Positions 26,244 to 38,910 of a stretch of 64,000 nt of DNA are shown in pieces. The DNA is from Octopus sinensis (taxonomy: Eukaryota), in NCBI RefSeq assembly GCF_006345805.1, contig NC_043010.1, positions 42,346,001 to 42,410,000 on the forward strand, in the 5' to 3' direction. Position numbers and translations under genes: made by a program. The notes beneath the pieces are model-generated. The model made no database searches. It saw nothing but the letters and a program-made list of their open reading frames with translations, and was not told the origin of the DNA. How positions within the stretch are numbered: the stretch's first letter is position 1; each line of letters opens with the position of its first letter.

Positions 26244-26287
<44 letters not shown>

Positions 26288-26439
26288 TAGTTGAATGAAT
26301 TATCTTAGTATGGATAATTCGGTTAACCGATACCTGGGTAGCAAATTCACGTCAGAAAAACACGGTTGAAGCTACATGCCAAGGGCAGAGATCACGTGCT
26401 TTCGTGTGGAAATTTGTGTGTTTTTTTTAATACAAATAA

Positions 26440-26623
26440 ATGAAAGAATGGAGTTGAACGACGATTTAACAAAATTCCTTTATTCTCGGCATATGTTTCG
26501 AAGGCTGCATATTCCTAATTTCGAAGGAATAATGCACCCCTTATTCGAAATTAGGAATATGCAGCCTTCGAAACATATGTCGAGAATAAAGGAATTTTGT
26601 TAAATCGTCGTTCAACTCCATTC

Positions 26624-26629
<6 letters not shown>
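26440..26629. repeat. Near-perfect hairpin: 86-bp arms, 1 mismatch, 18-nt loop
   Basis: 26440-26525 versus 26544-26629; the arms carry GAAAC-ATAT-G(T/C)C. Confidence 0.95.
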
Positions 26630-26662
<33 letters not shown>

Positions 26663-26746
26663 ATGGATAATAAAACGAATTGTAGTTTACTGGTAAAGCA
26701 ACGAAATATACCTCCACATCTCGGCAACAACTGCATATCCGTCTAT

Positions 26747-27032
26747 CACTTTATTTTGTGATTTAGGGGGGATTTTTGAAAGACAAGGGAGAATTCGCGG
26801 CGATAATTAGTGAACAAATTAAACACACTACTCAGAAGTGGCTAAAACGATAGCCGATCAAATTTATGTATAAATTTTCTTTTTATAGTTTGTATCCTTT
26901 CACACAATATTAAAACAACGGTTAAACATTTTCTGAAGCAGCATCACCGCCAATTTTATCTACGAGTCGCCAGTGGTTTGTGTGTACGTGAAAAGTTGTT
27001 TTTATATACATACAAATGAGTGTATGTGTGTG

Positions 27033-27077
<45 letters not shown>

Positions 27078-27117
27078 ATATCTGTCTATATATGTTTATA
27101 TGTGTGTGTAGATAGAC
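26747..27117. repeat. Direct repeat copy 1 (copy 2 at 29167-29574)
   Basis: Shared blocks agtgaacaaattaaacacactactcagaagtggctaaaac and aattttatctacgagtcg. Confidence 0.88.
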
Positions 27118-27180
27118 ATATATATATATCTGTCTATATATGTTTATATGTGTAGATAGACATATAAATATGTATGTATG

Positions 27181-27214
<34 letters not shown>

Positions 27215-27327
27215 GGTAGGTAGGTAGGTAGGTAGGTAGGTATTATACGTGTGTGTGTGTGTGTGTGAATATCTGTCTATATATGTTTATATGTGTGTGT
27301 AGATAGACATATATATATGTATGTATG

Positions 27328-27359
<32 letters not shown>

Positions 27360-27466
27360 TGTGTGTGTGTAGGTAGGTATTATACGTGTGTGTGTGTGTG
27401 TGTGTGAATATCTGTCAATATATGTTTATATGTGTGTGTAGATAGACATATATATATGTATGTATG

Positions 27467-27500
<34 letters not shown>

Positions 27501-27650
27501 TGTATGTAGGTAGGTAGGTATTATACGTGTGTGTGTGTGTGAATATCTGTCTATATATGTTTATATGTGTGTGTAGATAGACATATATATATATGTATGT
27601 ATGTATATATGTATGTACGTATATATGTATGTATGTATGTAGGTATGTAT

Positions 27651-27690
<40 letters not shown>
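27076..27690. repeat. Higher-order tandem repeat of a compound-microsatellite unit
   Basis: Anchor gaatatctgtc at 27076, 27267, 27406 and 27541. Confidence 0.9.
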
Positions 27691-28249
27691 ATGTGTATAT
27701 GAATGTGAGTAGTGAGTTAACAAGGGATACAAAGACTGCTCAGCTGGTCGAGTTAGTTTTGCTGTTGTTATTGAATGTGTATTAGTTGGGGCGTTTTCAG
27801 TTGAATGTGAGGCGTTTTCAGTTAGAAAGACGAGATACTGTACATTTTCCAATGAATGAATTATATCAATACTAATCGAAAAATAAGCCAATAATAAAGA
27901 CTATAAACATTATAAATAATGTTTCTTAAAAACAAAGCATTCCGAAACAATGTACATCAACATACTCCAGCGTAGGCACTAAACAAAGCTCTACTTTAAA
28001 TCTTTATCAGTTCGCGCTTCAAAATAGTCCATAGTGTTCTACACTTGTTCACCACGTATGTTATGTTTGTTTGCGAAACATCAACAAACGTATGTATTTA
28101 GAGATATCTACAGAACTGAAGTAGTCGTGTTGTTCGTGTTTCAATGTTTTTGCTTAAACGTGTACCTATACATAACATCACTTCCACTACTTATATACAG
28201 TGAAAGTTTAGTATACGAAGTGTGTATATGCATGTGAGTTGCGTTTATA

Positions 28250-28656
28250 TACTCTTTTACTCTCTCTTTTACTTGTTTCAGTCATTTGACTGCGGCCATG
28301 CTGGAGCACCGCCTTTAGTCGAACAAATCGACCCCGGGACTTATTCTTTGTAAGCCCAGTACTTATTCTATCGATCTCTTTTGCCGAACCGCTAAGTGAC
28401 GGCGATGTAAACACACCAGCATCGGTTGTCAAGCGATGCTAGGGGGACAAACACAGACACACAAACATACACAGACACATATATATATACATATATACGA
28501 CGGGTTTCTTTCAGTTTCCGTCTACCAAATCCGCTCACAAGGCTTTAGTCGGCCCGAGGCTATAATAGAAGACACTTGCCCAAGATGCCACGCAGTGGGA
28601 CTGAACCCTGAACCATGTGGTTGGTAAGCAAGCTACTTACCACACAGCCACTCCTG
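28250..28656 (-). mobile_element. SINE family A
   Basis: Reverse complement of the family consensus seen in this window. Confidence 0.92.
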
Positions 28657-29166
28657 TGTATATGATATGTGTATGATATGGGTATATCTGTGTATGTGTC
28701 AGTAGCGGCTTGTGTATAGGCACAGCGGAACTACAGCACCCCCCATTTCCGCTCGATATTATCGATAACATTCAATATAATGAGTCCTTTTGTCTTTAAT
28801 TCTTTCTTTATACTTGTATATTATATAATCCTTAAGCTTAATGTCAGTAGCCATCCCCTAGTTTATGAAAAAAAATACAAAAATTCTTATATAGAACTGT
28901 GCGCTTCACAGTTCCAGCGACGCGGTTTTTGGCTGTTGTGCGCATGCCCACATATCCGAGATAGGAAGCTTCACGCTAGGGAGAGACAGCACCGTCGTTC
29001 ATGCAGTGACAACTCCTGTGTGCCGCTGAAAGGTAGTGTTTCTTTTTGACTCCGTGTGTGTTGTGCTTAAAAACATGTTTATATTCTTTAATAATGTGAT
29101 AAAGTGTAGAATTAGATTATTATCTTACTTCCAGCTTCAGTATTGCTGCCAGGATTTGAAAAATCC

Positions 29167-29437
29167 CACCTTATTTTGTGATTTAGCGGGGGTTTTTGAA
29201 AAACAAGGGGGAATTTGCGGCAGGGTTCAGTGAACAAATTAAACACACTACTCAGAAGTGGCTAAAACCCGATCCGATCGAATTTATGTATAAATATTCT
29301 TTTTATAGTTTTTGTTTCCTTTCACACAATATGAAAATAACAGCTACAAATTTTCTGAAGCACAATCACCACTAATTTTATCTACGAGTCGTCAGTGGTA
29401 TGTGTGTACGTGTAAATTTGTTTTAATATTCATACAA

Positions 29438-29506
<69 letters not shown>

Positions 29507-29574
29507 TTTCTCTGTGTGTGTGTGTGTGTTTGTGAATATCTATATAATATGTTTATATGTATGTGCAGATAGAC
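29167..29574. repeat. Direct repeat copy 2 (copy 1 at 26747-27117)
   Basis: See copy 1. Confidence 0.88.
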
Positions 29575-31458
29575 AGATAGTGATAGAAAGGCAAACAGAT
29601 TGATAGATGGATATGCAATTGTTACCGAGATGTGGAGATATATTTTATGCTTGTATATTTAACTAACGTAGCGTTGTAATTTCTCTTTGAAGTGATACTA
29701 ATAAAGATGTTTCAGTCATCGTGAATTCATCCTTTCTTATTCCTTGCTGAACACTCCTCAGTGACACTTGTTAAAAACAAAGTTTTTATTCTCAATTCGA
29801 AAGAGCTTATCATTCGATGTAACCATGACACCTTTAGTATAGATTCTTCATAAAATGTTCCTACACCTTCCAAACGATATAACTGCCACTTCTAAAAAGA
29901 TCAAAGTCGAATCGAAGACACTTAAAATTACTTATGAATAAGTTTTGCAATAAATGTGCTTCAGCTACTTTCTTGCATGAATAAAAATTCCACACGTTAT
30001 TTCCCTATTTTTATACTTTGCACTAAAATACAAATGTTTCAGAATAACAACTCTTCAATGCGAATTTGATATTGTTCTGCTTTTCAAGTAACACAACGTA
30101 TGTAGTCTCTTAAAATGCTTGTAGGCTGTTACGTCAGTAACAACAGTCTTAGTAACAGCAACCAAGCGTGGAGATTCCTCGCAGGTTTTATACGGTAAAA
30201 CATTTGTAAGTACTGATTCGTATGATTTGGAAAGTTGTATACGTATGTATTTGACAGTTGAGGTCATATTGATAGCAGAAATAAATTCAAGCAGAAATGG
30301 TGCGCAATGTCAAGAAAAGATTTGCAAAATGTTTTTTACTGTCGTCTGCTTTGTGCTGGAACCGTAGTTATTGTTTTCTTTTTTTATGTACGGGTGGGGA
30401 TATTATATTTCATTGCTGTTTTACTACTTTTTACTGCAACATAGATACATAATTACACAGCGATTTTTTTTCTCTGTTTCAATCTTATATGATATATTAA
30501 TTGTCACGAGATGATAATAAAGATATGTCTTTCGGTAGGCAACAGCTAAGCAATTCACAATACTTTTTCAAAGGATAACAGTGGTTGAAGAAGAAACGTA
30601 AACTAACATAAAGCCATCAATAGCAATATAAATAGTGGCATCAATAATTTTAGCTTCACAACCGAGCCAATTCATAAGAATGAAAAGTTGAATACGATGG
30701 CAAGATGGATGTAATATTCAAGAAATAGATCCATAAGTTAGAAAAAAAGAAATACTAATATACGTGCTATTGGTCACACACACACACACGTACAAATACA
30801 CGCTCGCGCCACTACACCACCAATACCAATATCGTTTTCAGCACTAGCATCCAAAATAGTTATCACACGAATCAATAAGTGGTTGTTCGATCTGCTAAAA
30901 ATAACAGTCAGATCTCTTTCAAATTACACCCACTGCCTTAAAATAAGGACACGTTGGTTCTGGGTGTATTGTGCATGGGAAAGAATCGTATGGTCAAAGT
31001 TGAACCGAGGTTAAATAACACCAGCAAATCAAATACTGGAAAGCTATTAAGTTGGCAAAATTTGTCTTTTTTTTTGTTTTTTCTTTTGTTTTTTACTATT
31101 CTTATATTTTCATTATCAGAGACCACAATATAGCACGAGTCAAATTTATAAATAAATGTAAATATAGTTAATAGAATTGTGAATAAAGTTGTAGACTCAA
31201 GTCCAGTGATATGAATTTCAGTTATAGTGTTACCATTCCTACTGTTCTTGCGGAGTCATTAGTAATGGTGTGATTCGTGTATTCTTACGTGTATTACCTT
31301 CAAAAACATTCTTTAAAACTGTAGCTACTAAATGCAATATGAACTGATTTGACCACACTAAATTGAAAGAGCTAGGAATCTCAGTTATGTCATAATTAAA
31401 TCGTCCGCACTTATAGGCGAAATGGCTATACTATGTCAGAACAGTATTTCCCAACTTT

Positions 31459-31693
31459 AAGGCGGCGAGCTGGCAGAATCGTTAGCACGCCGGGCGAAAG
31501 GCTTTTAGCGGTATTTCGTCTGCCGTTACGTTCTGAGTTCAAATTCCGCCGAGGTCGACTTTGCCTTTCATCCTTTTGGGGTCGATAAATTAAGTACCAG
31601 TTACGCACTGGGGTCGATGTAATCGACTTAATCCGTTTGTCTGTCCTTGTTTGTCTTCTCTGTGTTTGGCCCCTTGTGGGTAGTAAAGAAATA
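31459..31693 (+). mobile_element. SINE family B, perfect 16-bp TSD
   Basis: agtatttcccaacttt at 31443-31458 and 31694-31709. Confidence 0.93.
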
Positions 31694-32255
31694 AGTATTT
31701 CCCAACTTTTTCACTACTAAGTAGCTAATTTATGTAAATGAATTTTCTCTAGACCCCAAGTTTTTGAAATATCTGTCAGCTCAACAAATTTTAAACTGAG
31801 TTCACGGATCTCCAATACTTTCCTTGTGGTTGGTATCGGTAGTCTCTCGCTAGTTTAGACAGCAGTTCATTAACTGGTATTCAACAAACCAAAATATGTT
31901 TAGATATGTTTATACATGGCGCGGATTAGGAGTTCGCTTTATAACCACGTGCTTCAGAGTTCGATCTTACGCTACCACACTTTTGGACTACATTAGCCTA
32001 AGGTTGAAATGCTTTGTGTTACATTTGGTTAACGGAGAACTTTGAGGAGGTGCTCCTTATATGCACACACATATGTGTATATGTGTGCATTTATATTTAC
32101 CAGCATATCAAGGTGTGGCCTTTTATGTCAAAAAGATAACTTAGTGATTGGGCAAAGAGGGGAAATTAAAATAAGGACGAGTATGATCGCCAACAATGAT
32201 CCCGCATAGCAGCCCAATGACTTACAAACCAATAACAGAAAAAAAGTAATGTTAT

Positions 32256-32605
32256 AGGAGCAGGCGTGACGGTGTGTTAAGAAGCTTGCTTCCCAACCAC
32301 ATGGTTCCAGGTTCAGTTCCACTGTGTGGCATCTTGGGTGGCTTCTACTATTGCCTCGGGCCGACCAATGCTTTGTGAGTGAATTTGGTAGACGGACACT
32401 GAAAGAAACCCGTCATATGTGTGTTTATGTCTATTCGTGATGTTTGTGAGTTTATGTCCTCGTAACCTAGCGTTTCGACAAACGGTTTTAACAGAGTATG
32501 TACTAGACTTTAAAAAGTCGTGGGGCCGAATTGTTCGACTAAAACCCTTCAAGGCTGTTCCCCAGGATGGCTGGATTCAAATGACGGAAACAGTAAAAGA
32601 TAAAA
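32256..32605 (+). mobile_element. SINE family A, older degenerate copy
   Basis: Head and tail motifs are recognisable. Confidence 0.8.
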
Positions 32606-32819
32606 TATATTAAATTTAATTGAATTTAATTATGCAGTTATATATTGAAGTTAAACTTTCCAATTTATATGTAATGTGTCGTTGAAATATTTCCCAGATC
32701 ACTCGCAATGTCTACTTCTAATACCGAAATATAATATGGGTTTTCCCTCTTCGAAGTTCTTCCTCTTGTTAAATCTATTAATATATTCAATCTTCTCTAA
32801 AATGGGTAGAAATAAATAT

Positions 32820-33035
32820 AAATTTCAAATTTTGACACATGGTCCTGCAACTTTCGGGAGAGAGGGTAAGTCGATTACATCGACTCCAGTGCTCAACTGA
32901 TACTTATTTTATCGACCCCAAGGGGTAAAAGTCAAAGTCGACCTCGCGGAATTTGAACTCAGAACACGTAGACAGACGAAATGTCGCTAAGCTTTTTGCG
33001 CTGCGTACAAATGATTCTGCCAGCTCGGTCTTAAA
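32820..33035 (-). mobile_element. SINE family B variant, 14-bp TSD
   Basis: gtagaaataaatat at 32806-32819 and 33036-33049. Confidence 0.82.
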
Positions 33036-33399
33036 GTAGAAATAAATATCGGTATGTTGCAAACATCGGGAAGAGTTGTAGATCTTTTCGGTTTGACCGG
33101 CAGTTTTTTAAAATAATTTCCACGTAACTAAACACTTTTTAACTTCGTATACTGGTAGAATGTGTTTATAAAATATCTTTTTCTCTTGGTTTAATGAGAA
33201 GATTTTATAGTTTGTAAGATATTTGTTTTTTTCTCTTCAATTTCTGCAATTTCAACCAATTTCAACCAATCAATGACGTCTATTAAGGTGAAAACATTCT
33301 ATTCTCAATTATGTAAGAAATTGAATTTTCATACATGTAACTTTAGCATACCACAAATAATACAGAAAATATAACAGCTATAGGTTTGAAGATAAAATG

Positions 33400-33614
33400 G
33401 GCGTAACTTCGGTATAAGTACCGGTGTAAGTACCGGAAGTACCGGATACATTTCAAGAAAGTGTTTTTTTTTTTATATATGGGGGTTTAGGTTTAGGGTT
33501 AGGGTTTGTGTTAGGGTTAAGCTTTGTGTTAGGGTGAGGGGTGGGAGAAAAGGGTTTCTGTTATCTTCAGAAGTGTATACAAAGTCACGTGTGTACCTAT
33601 ACCGAAGGATCGCC
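33400..33614. mobile_element. MITE with 22-bp TIRs and 9-bp TSD (Mutator-like), containing a TTAGGG-like tract
   Basis: Left TIR ggcgtaacttcggtataagtac versus right TIR reverse complement ggcgatccttcggtataggtac. TSD gataaaatg at 33391-33399 and 33615-33623. Confidence 0.82.
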
Positions 33615-34351
33615 GATAAAATGTGTTTTCTCCTTTCAAAAACAAAATGAAAGAACTAGAAGGAACCAATGTTAGATAGAGGCAGTTAGAAATAAATATC
33701 AATGAAAGGAGGTTAGTTGTACGCAAAGTGGCAGGTAAAGTGGGCTGGTGAGACAGGGCTAGGCATTAAGACAGATTGAAATAACTAAACTGGCAACTAA
33801 CAGGAAGAGTTGGAAAAAAAGATCTTGATGTCAGTTGGAGTAATTCTTAGAAAGGAAATAAGGAAAGAGAGAATGAAAGAAGGTGTGAATGTAAATAAAT
33901 GTACACTCAAGAGACTTAGAAAGAAAAGGTGAGAAGGATAAAATAAATGAAATGTTTTTGTGATGTTTTGGTTTTTCAAAGCTTTGGTAAACAAAAAAAT
34001 AAATAAATAAATAAGTGTATTCAAATTATCATTAATGTCACCAATACCACAGTCCTACGGCTATCAGTGAGATTCAGTACTACTTTTCGAAATGGAAAAG
34101 TGAGACGGTTTTTCTTTTATTTTCAAGATGCTGGTGAACTTTCTTGATGCATTTTCAATTAATGTTTTACCTTAAAGCTAAAGAGGAAATGGTACAGCAA
34201 AAATACAATTCAATGAAATTATAGTTTGAGAAGATATTTTACTGGTGAATGGCTGCGGAGTTGTTTGAAAACGTTAAATATTTAGCTACGTTCATTACAA
34301 AAAAAAATACCTTGAATAAGCGTGTAAGTATATATGCATGCGTTTGTAGAC

Positions 34352-34400
<49 letters not shown>

Positions 34401-34420
34401 TATTATTCTTTAACTTTTTG

Positions 34421-34605
34421 CTTCTTTCACTCATTTGACGGCGACCAAGCGGAGCACCACCCTGAGAAGTTTAATCGACTAAATCGACCCACCACTTATT
34501 TTATATCTGTTTACGCATTCAGCCAGTCTTTTTTTCTCAACTGCAGATTACGGTGACATAAACAAAGCAACATCGGCTGTAAAGCTTCGAAGGACAAACA
34601 CACAA
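34421..34605 (-). mobile_element. SINE family A, degenerate 3' half
   Basis: tcatttgac...ggagcaccac...tcgaccc...gacaaacacac. Confidence 0.6.
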
Positions 34606-34699
34606 TAACACATATGCACGCGCACACACATATGCACACATGCATATATATATGCATACAAACATGGAGACACAATTAAATGCACAAATGCACACACAC

Positions 34700-34718
34700 A
34701 CATATATGTGTGTGTGTG

Positions 34719-34754
<36 letters not shown>

Positions 34755-34836
34755 TATGTAGATAGATAGATAGATAGATAGATAGATGGATGGATGGATG
34801 GATGGATGGATGGATGGATGGATGGATGGATGGATG

Positions 34837-34905
<69 letters not shown>

Positions 34906-34960
34906 GTAGGTATGTATGTATGTATGTATGTATGTATGCATGTATGTATGTATATATATA
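34700..34960. repeat. Symmetric compound microsatellite (TATG)-(GATA)-(GGAT)-(GATA)-(TATG)
   Basis: Direct reading. Confidence 0.95.
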
Positions 34961-35372
34961 TTAGATATTAGATATTAGATATTAGCTATATCTATTTATG
35001 CGTTTATCGAATCCAAAATTCTAAAACTGAACTTAATCCATTTAGAATGCAAAGTAAAAAAAATCAGACTAATCTGCAACCCTTAAAATATTTTTCTTGC
35101 CAAGAGCAACAACAATTCACCCTGAATTCATAATATCACACCCTCCCATATGTTAATATATATATTTTCTCTGAAATAGTAAATGCTTATGTATTATACC
35201 TAAGAGATTTTAATGATAAGTCACAAAGATAACAAACATTTTAACGAAAATACAGAAAAAACAAGCTGTAGTTGCACTGAAAATCCCGTTACTTCAGAAT
35301 CAAAAATAAATTGAAGAAATCATGCGAATACAAATGAAAACGGAGATAGAAGCACAAACATAAAATTGGCCT

Positions 35373-35486
35373 AAACTTCTAGCTATGACGGAGGTGAGAA
35401 GTTTGAATAGTACTATTCAAACTTCTAGCTATGACGGAGGTGAGAAGTTTGAATAGTACTATTCAAACTTCTCACCTCCGTCATAG
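35373..35486. repeat. 46-bp exact tandem duplication overlapping a perfect 58-bp loopless palindrome (35429-35486)
   Basis: ctatgacggaggtgagaagtttgaatagt|actattcaaacttctcacctccgtcatag. Confidence 0.95.
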
Positions 35487-36054
35487 GAAAATGCCTTGGT
35501 GATGCATTGATATACTACACCAAAATCTTTTTAACAGATGATATACAGAGAAGCTGCATTTTAACAGCCAGTTGGTTTATAATCCGATATATACAACACC
35601 GAATTCGTTTTACGACATCCAGTGTACAAGAACCCTACACCATCGGCTGAATATATCGGATGGCTTAAAATCAAAGTGAACAAAAGTGTAACAATAGATT
35701 TCATTGGTCTGTCATTGTAAATATCACACAATACACACCAATGATTTAAATAAGTATCGCTTCTGCCTTGCAGTGGAATCTAACTTACTCACAACGGATT
35801 GTATACTATTACATAAGATAACTGAATTGTTCTCAAAATTCAACCTGAAGGTCAGTTCTTGTTGAGACAGTTTCAGTTATTGGCGATTAAATCTCTAGAT
35901 CTAGACGAATCGATCACCAACGAAAAAAAATCAAAAGCGATTTTATATCATTTAAATAAACTATCACAAAAACTATTTCAAAACCCTTCTAATACCATCG
36001 TAATATCATCTTTATACATACCACCACAAATCTAGGCATGTATTTATATGTGTG

Positions 36055-36088
<34 letters not shown>

Positions 36089-36130
36089 TATATATATATG
36101 TATTTTCTCTCTCAGCTTATTTCTGTATTC

Positions 36131-36166
36131 CTTTCTATTGAAGAGCATAGGTTCGAAACGTAAAAG
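36131..36166 (+). ncRNA. Degenerate minimal hammerhead motif in repeat family F (about 36105-36225)
   Basis: CTTT-CTATTGA-A-GAGC-atag-GTTC-GAAAC-GTA-AAAG. The core differs from CUGANGA at two positions. Confidence 0.5.
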
Positions 36167-36862
36167 ACTTTCTCACTTCCCGAGCGTTAAACTAATACAT
36201 CTGTTTGTTGTTTACACACCCGTCTGTTTCCAGTCTGTTCCTTTATTGTGGTCCTATACAATCGGAATGTAAGTGCGTTCTATACTTAGATCTGGTAATG
36301 TTTGAGTTACTGAGACGGTACTAATTTCGTGTGAGTCAACTAAAATTGGACTGCGCGCACGCGTATATGTGTGTGTGTATTAAATTGGTGGGAAAATATT
36401 CATAAAATTGTAATAGCTTTTTGTTACATATATGTGGGTGACTGAATATGTATTGAAGATTGAAATTGTCACAACTATAATCTTAGCATGTTCAGAAAAT
36501 ATTTTACCTTGAATTTTTTTTTTTTGCCTTTTTTTTAAAAAAAAAATAAAAGAATTGTATAGATGGTTTGTAGGTGTGGTCTATCAATGCAGTATTTCGT
36601 ACTCTTTGAAATTGTTATGATTTGCTAAAGAGAGATTACTGATCCATGCAGGATTGAGATAATTCATAGTGTGTTAACTGGGTCGTTTCGTACATGGTTT
36701 TCTTTCCTCGAGTGATTTCACAAATTCTTTAGTATAGCGCTTTTTATTTAAATACAGTTGGAGTAAGACAGAAAGAGAAGAAATAATTCCATCGTGTATC
36801 GTACCCCAGGAATGATATTGATTTCATTTTGCTGTTCATTTTATATTTATTTTTCGATATAT

Positions 36863-37036
36863 AGGCGCAGGAGTGGCTGTGTGGTAAGTAGCTTGCTTAC
36901 CAACCACATGCTTCCGGGTTCAGTCCCACTGCGTGGCATCTTGGGCAAGTGTCTTCTGCTATAGCCCCGGGCCGACCAAACCCTTGTGAGTGGATTTAGT
37001 AGACGGAAACTGAAAGAAGCCTGTCATATATATGTA

Positions 37037-37104
<68 letters not shown>

Positions 37105-37320
37105 GTGTGTCTGTGTTCGTCCCCCTAGCATTGCTTGACAACCGATGCTGGTGTGTTCACGTCCCCGTCACTTAGCGGTTCGGCAAAAGAGACCGATAGA
37201 ATAAGCACTGGGCTTACAAAGAATAAGTCCCGGGGTCGATTTACTCGACTAAAAGCGGTGCTCCAGCATGGCCGCAGTCAAAATGACTGAAACAAGTAAA
37301 AGAGTAAAAGAATAAAAGAG
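36863..37320 (+). mobile_element. SINE family A, full length
   Basis: Near-identical to 5576-6025; the internal microsatellite is mostly (TA)n. Confidence 0.93.
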
Positions 37321-37553
37321 AGAGAGTATAATTCGAAGTATTGAATGATGTTCATCTATTTAGTTGGTTTCTTCTCAACTTTCAGCTACATCTATTCAGA
37401 ACTCTTTTCGAAATGTTGACACCCCTGTATCTCATACGAAAGCATTTAACTATATGTATATAGCGTGGGTGTGGCCGAGTAGTTTAAGACGTTCACTCAG
37501 AAATTCCGAGGTCACCAGTTCGTTATCCTACTGTATGAGCAAGTAGCATTTTT

Positions 37554-37711
37554 AGGAGCAGGCATGGCTATATGGTAAGAAGCTTGCTTCTCAACCATTG
37601 CATAACACCTTGAGCACGTGTCTTCCGCTATAGCCCCGGGCCAACCATAACCTTGTAAGTGGATTTGGTAGACGGAAACTGAAAGAAGAACGTCGTATAT
37701 GTGTGTGTGTG

Positions 37712-37742
<31 letters not shown>

Positions 37743-37960
37743 TGTGTGTGTGTTTGTGTGTGTGTGCCTTCGTGTTTCTGCTCCCCTTCACAACCTGTGC
37801 TAGTGTTTTTACGTCCTACGTAACTTAGTGGTTCGACAAAAGAGACCGAATGAATAAGTATAAGGCTTAAGAAAATGTACTGGGGTCGATTCATTTACTA
37901 AAAATTTCTCCAAGGTGATGCCCCAGCATGGCCGCAGTCTAATGACTCAGACAAACAAAA
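37554..37960 (+). mobile_element. SINE family A variant
   Basis: Head has a deletion; tail ccagcatggccgcagtctaatgact. Confidence 0.85.
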
Positions 37961-38621
37961 AATATCACACACACACACACACGTGTATGTGAATGCATAC
38001 GCTCGAAACGCGACAGTTAAACCATTTAGGGCTCGGGTCTAAAGTTAATTGCATTAAGCTCACAAACTTCGCGTGTGCGCACAGGTTCATTGCAATCGAG
38101 AGTGGAATATGATGTAATACAAAGAGCACAGCAATAATAAAAGGAAAGAACATGGGCTTTGACTTGGTATTCTGCGTTACACTATAAATGCAATCAGTTA
38201 ATACACCCTATTGGAATGGTACACTAATACTTCGTCAAGTAACTGAAATAACATAACAAGTGACATACAAAGAGCAACCAAATTTAGACACCAGAGAGAA
38301 AGGAGTATGAGATGAATTAGGTTGGGATACCGAACCACATAACTACTGACTGAAAGAAAGGGGTTAGTCGCTAGACGTAAAATGGAGGCGTAGAACGGAT
38401 TTACTTGAGAGGAGAGGAGTGAGCAAGAATATAGCAGGGCGGTTGCTGCTTGTCTATCACATATTTCTATTTCAATTGCCTGATGCTGTATGTGCGTATC
38501 ATGCCGGCCCTATAGAAATGCCTAAACTGATTGCAGCTACTTGTGACACCATATGTTGCAGAATACTGAAGCATATGTAACAGATGAAATAGCGGAGTGC
38601 CATGTTCTTTTTTCTTTTGTG

Positions 38622-38651
<30 letters not shown>

Positions 38652-38652
<1 letters not shown>

Positions 38653-38910
38653 GAAACACGCGTTGAGTCGAAACAGGGGCAGCTGAAGAAGGGAAATATT
38701 CCTTGTGTTGGTTGTCTTGTACTCTGTTTTTTCGTTGTTAAAAAAAGTCCGTTTCCTTGTTTGGTTTTATGTTTTCGTTTCTCGTTGTGTTCTACGTTTA
38801 TTTGTGGTGTCCTGTACTCATATATGCATGTATATATACATACAGATGTAGGTATGTACATATATGTATGTATGTATGCATGTGTTTTATTTATTATATT
38901 GTTATTATAT
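38652..38910 (+). repeat. Repeat family E copy within (TA)n
   Basis: Aligns to 6625-6890. Confidence 0.75.

Noticed and set aside
27076-27690. CRISPR-like repeat-spacer array
   Set aside because: The intervening sequences are microsatellites rather than unique spacers; the context is eukaryotic and there are no cas genes.
33481-33545. True telomere or chromosome-fusion remnant
   Set aside because: There are only a few degenerate units, and they lie inside a TIR/TSD-bounded element.
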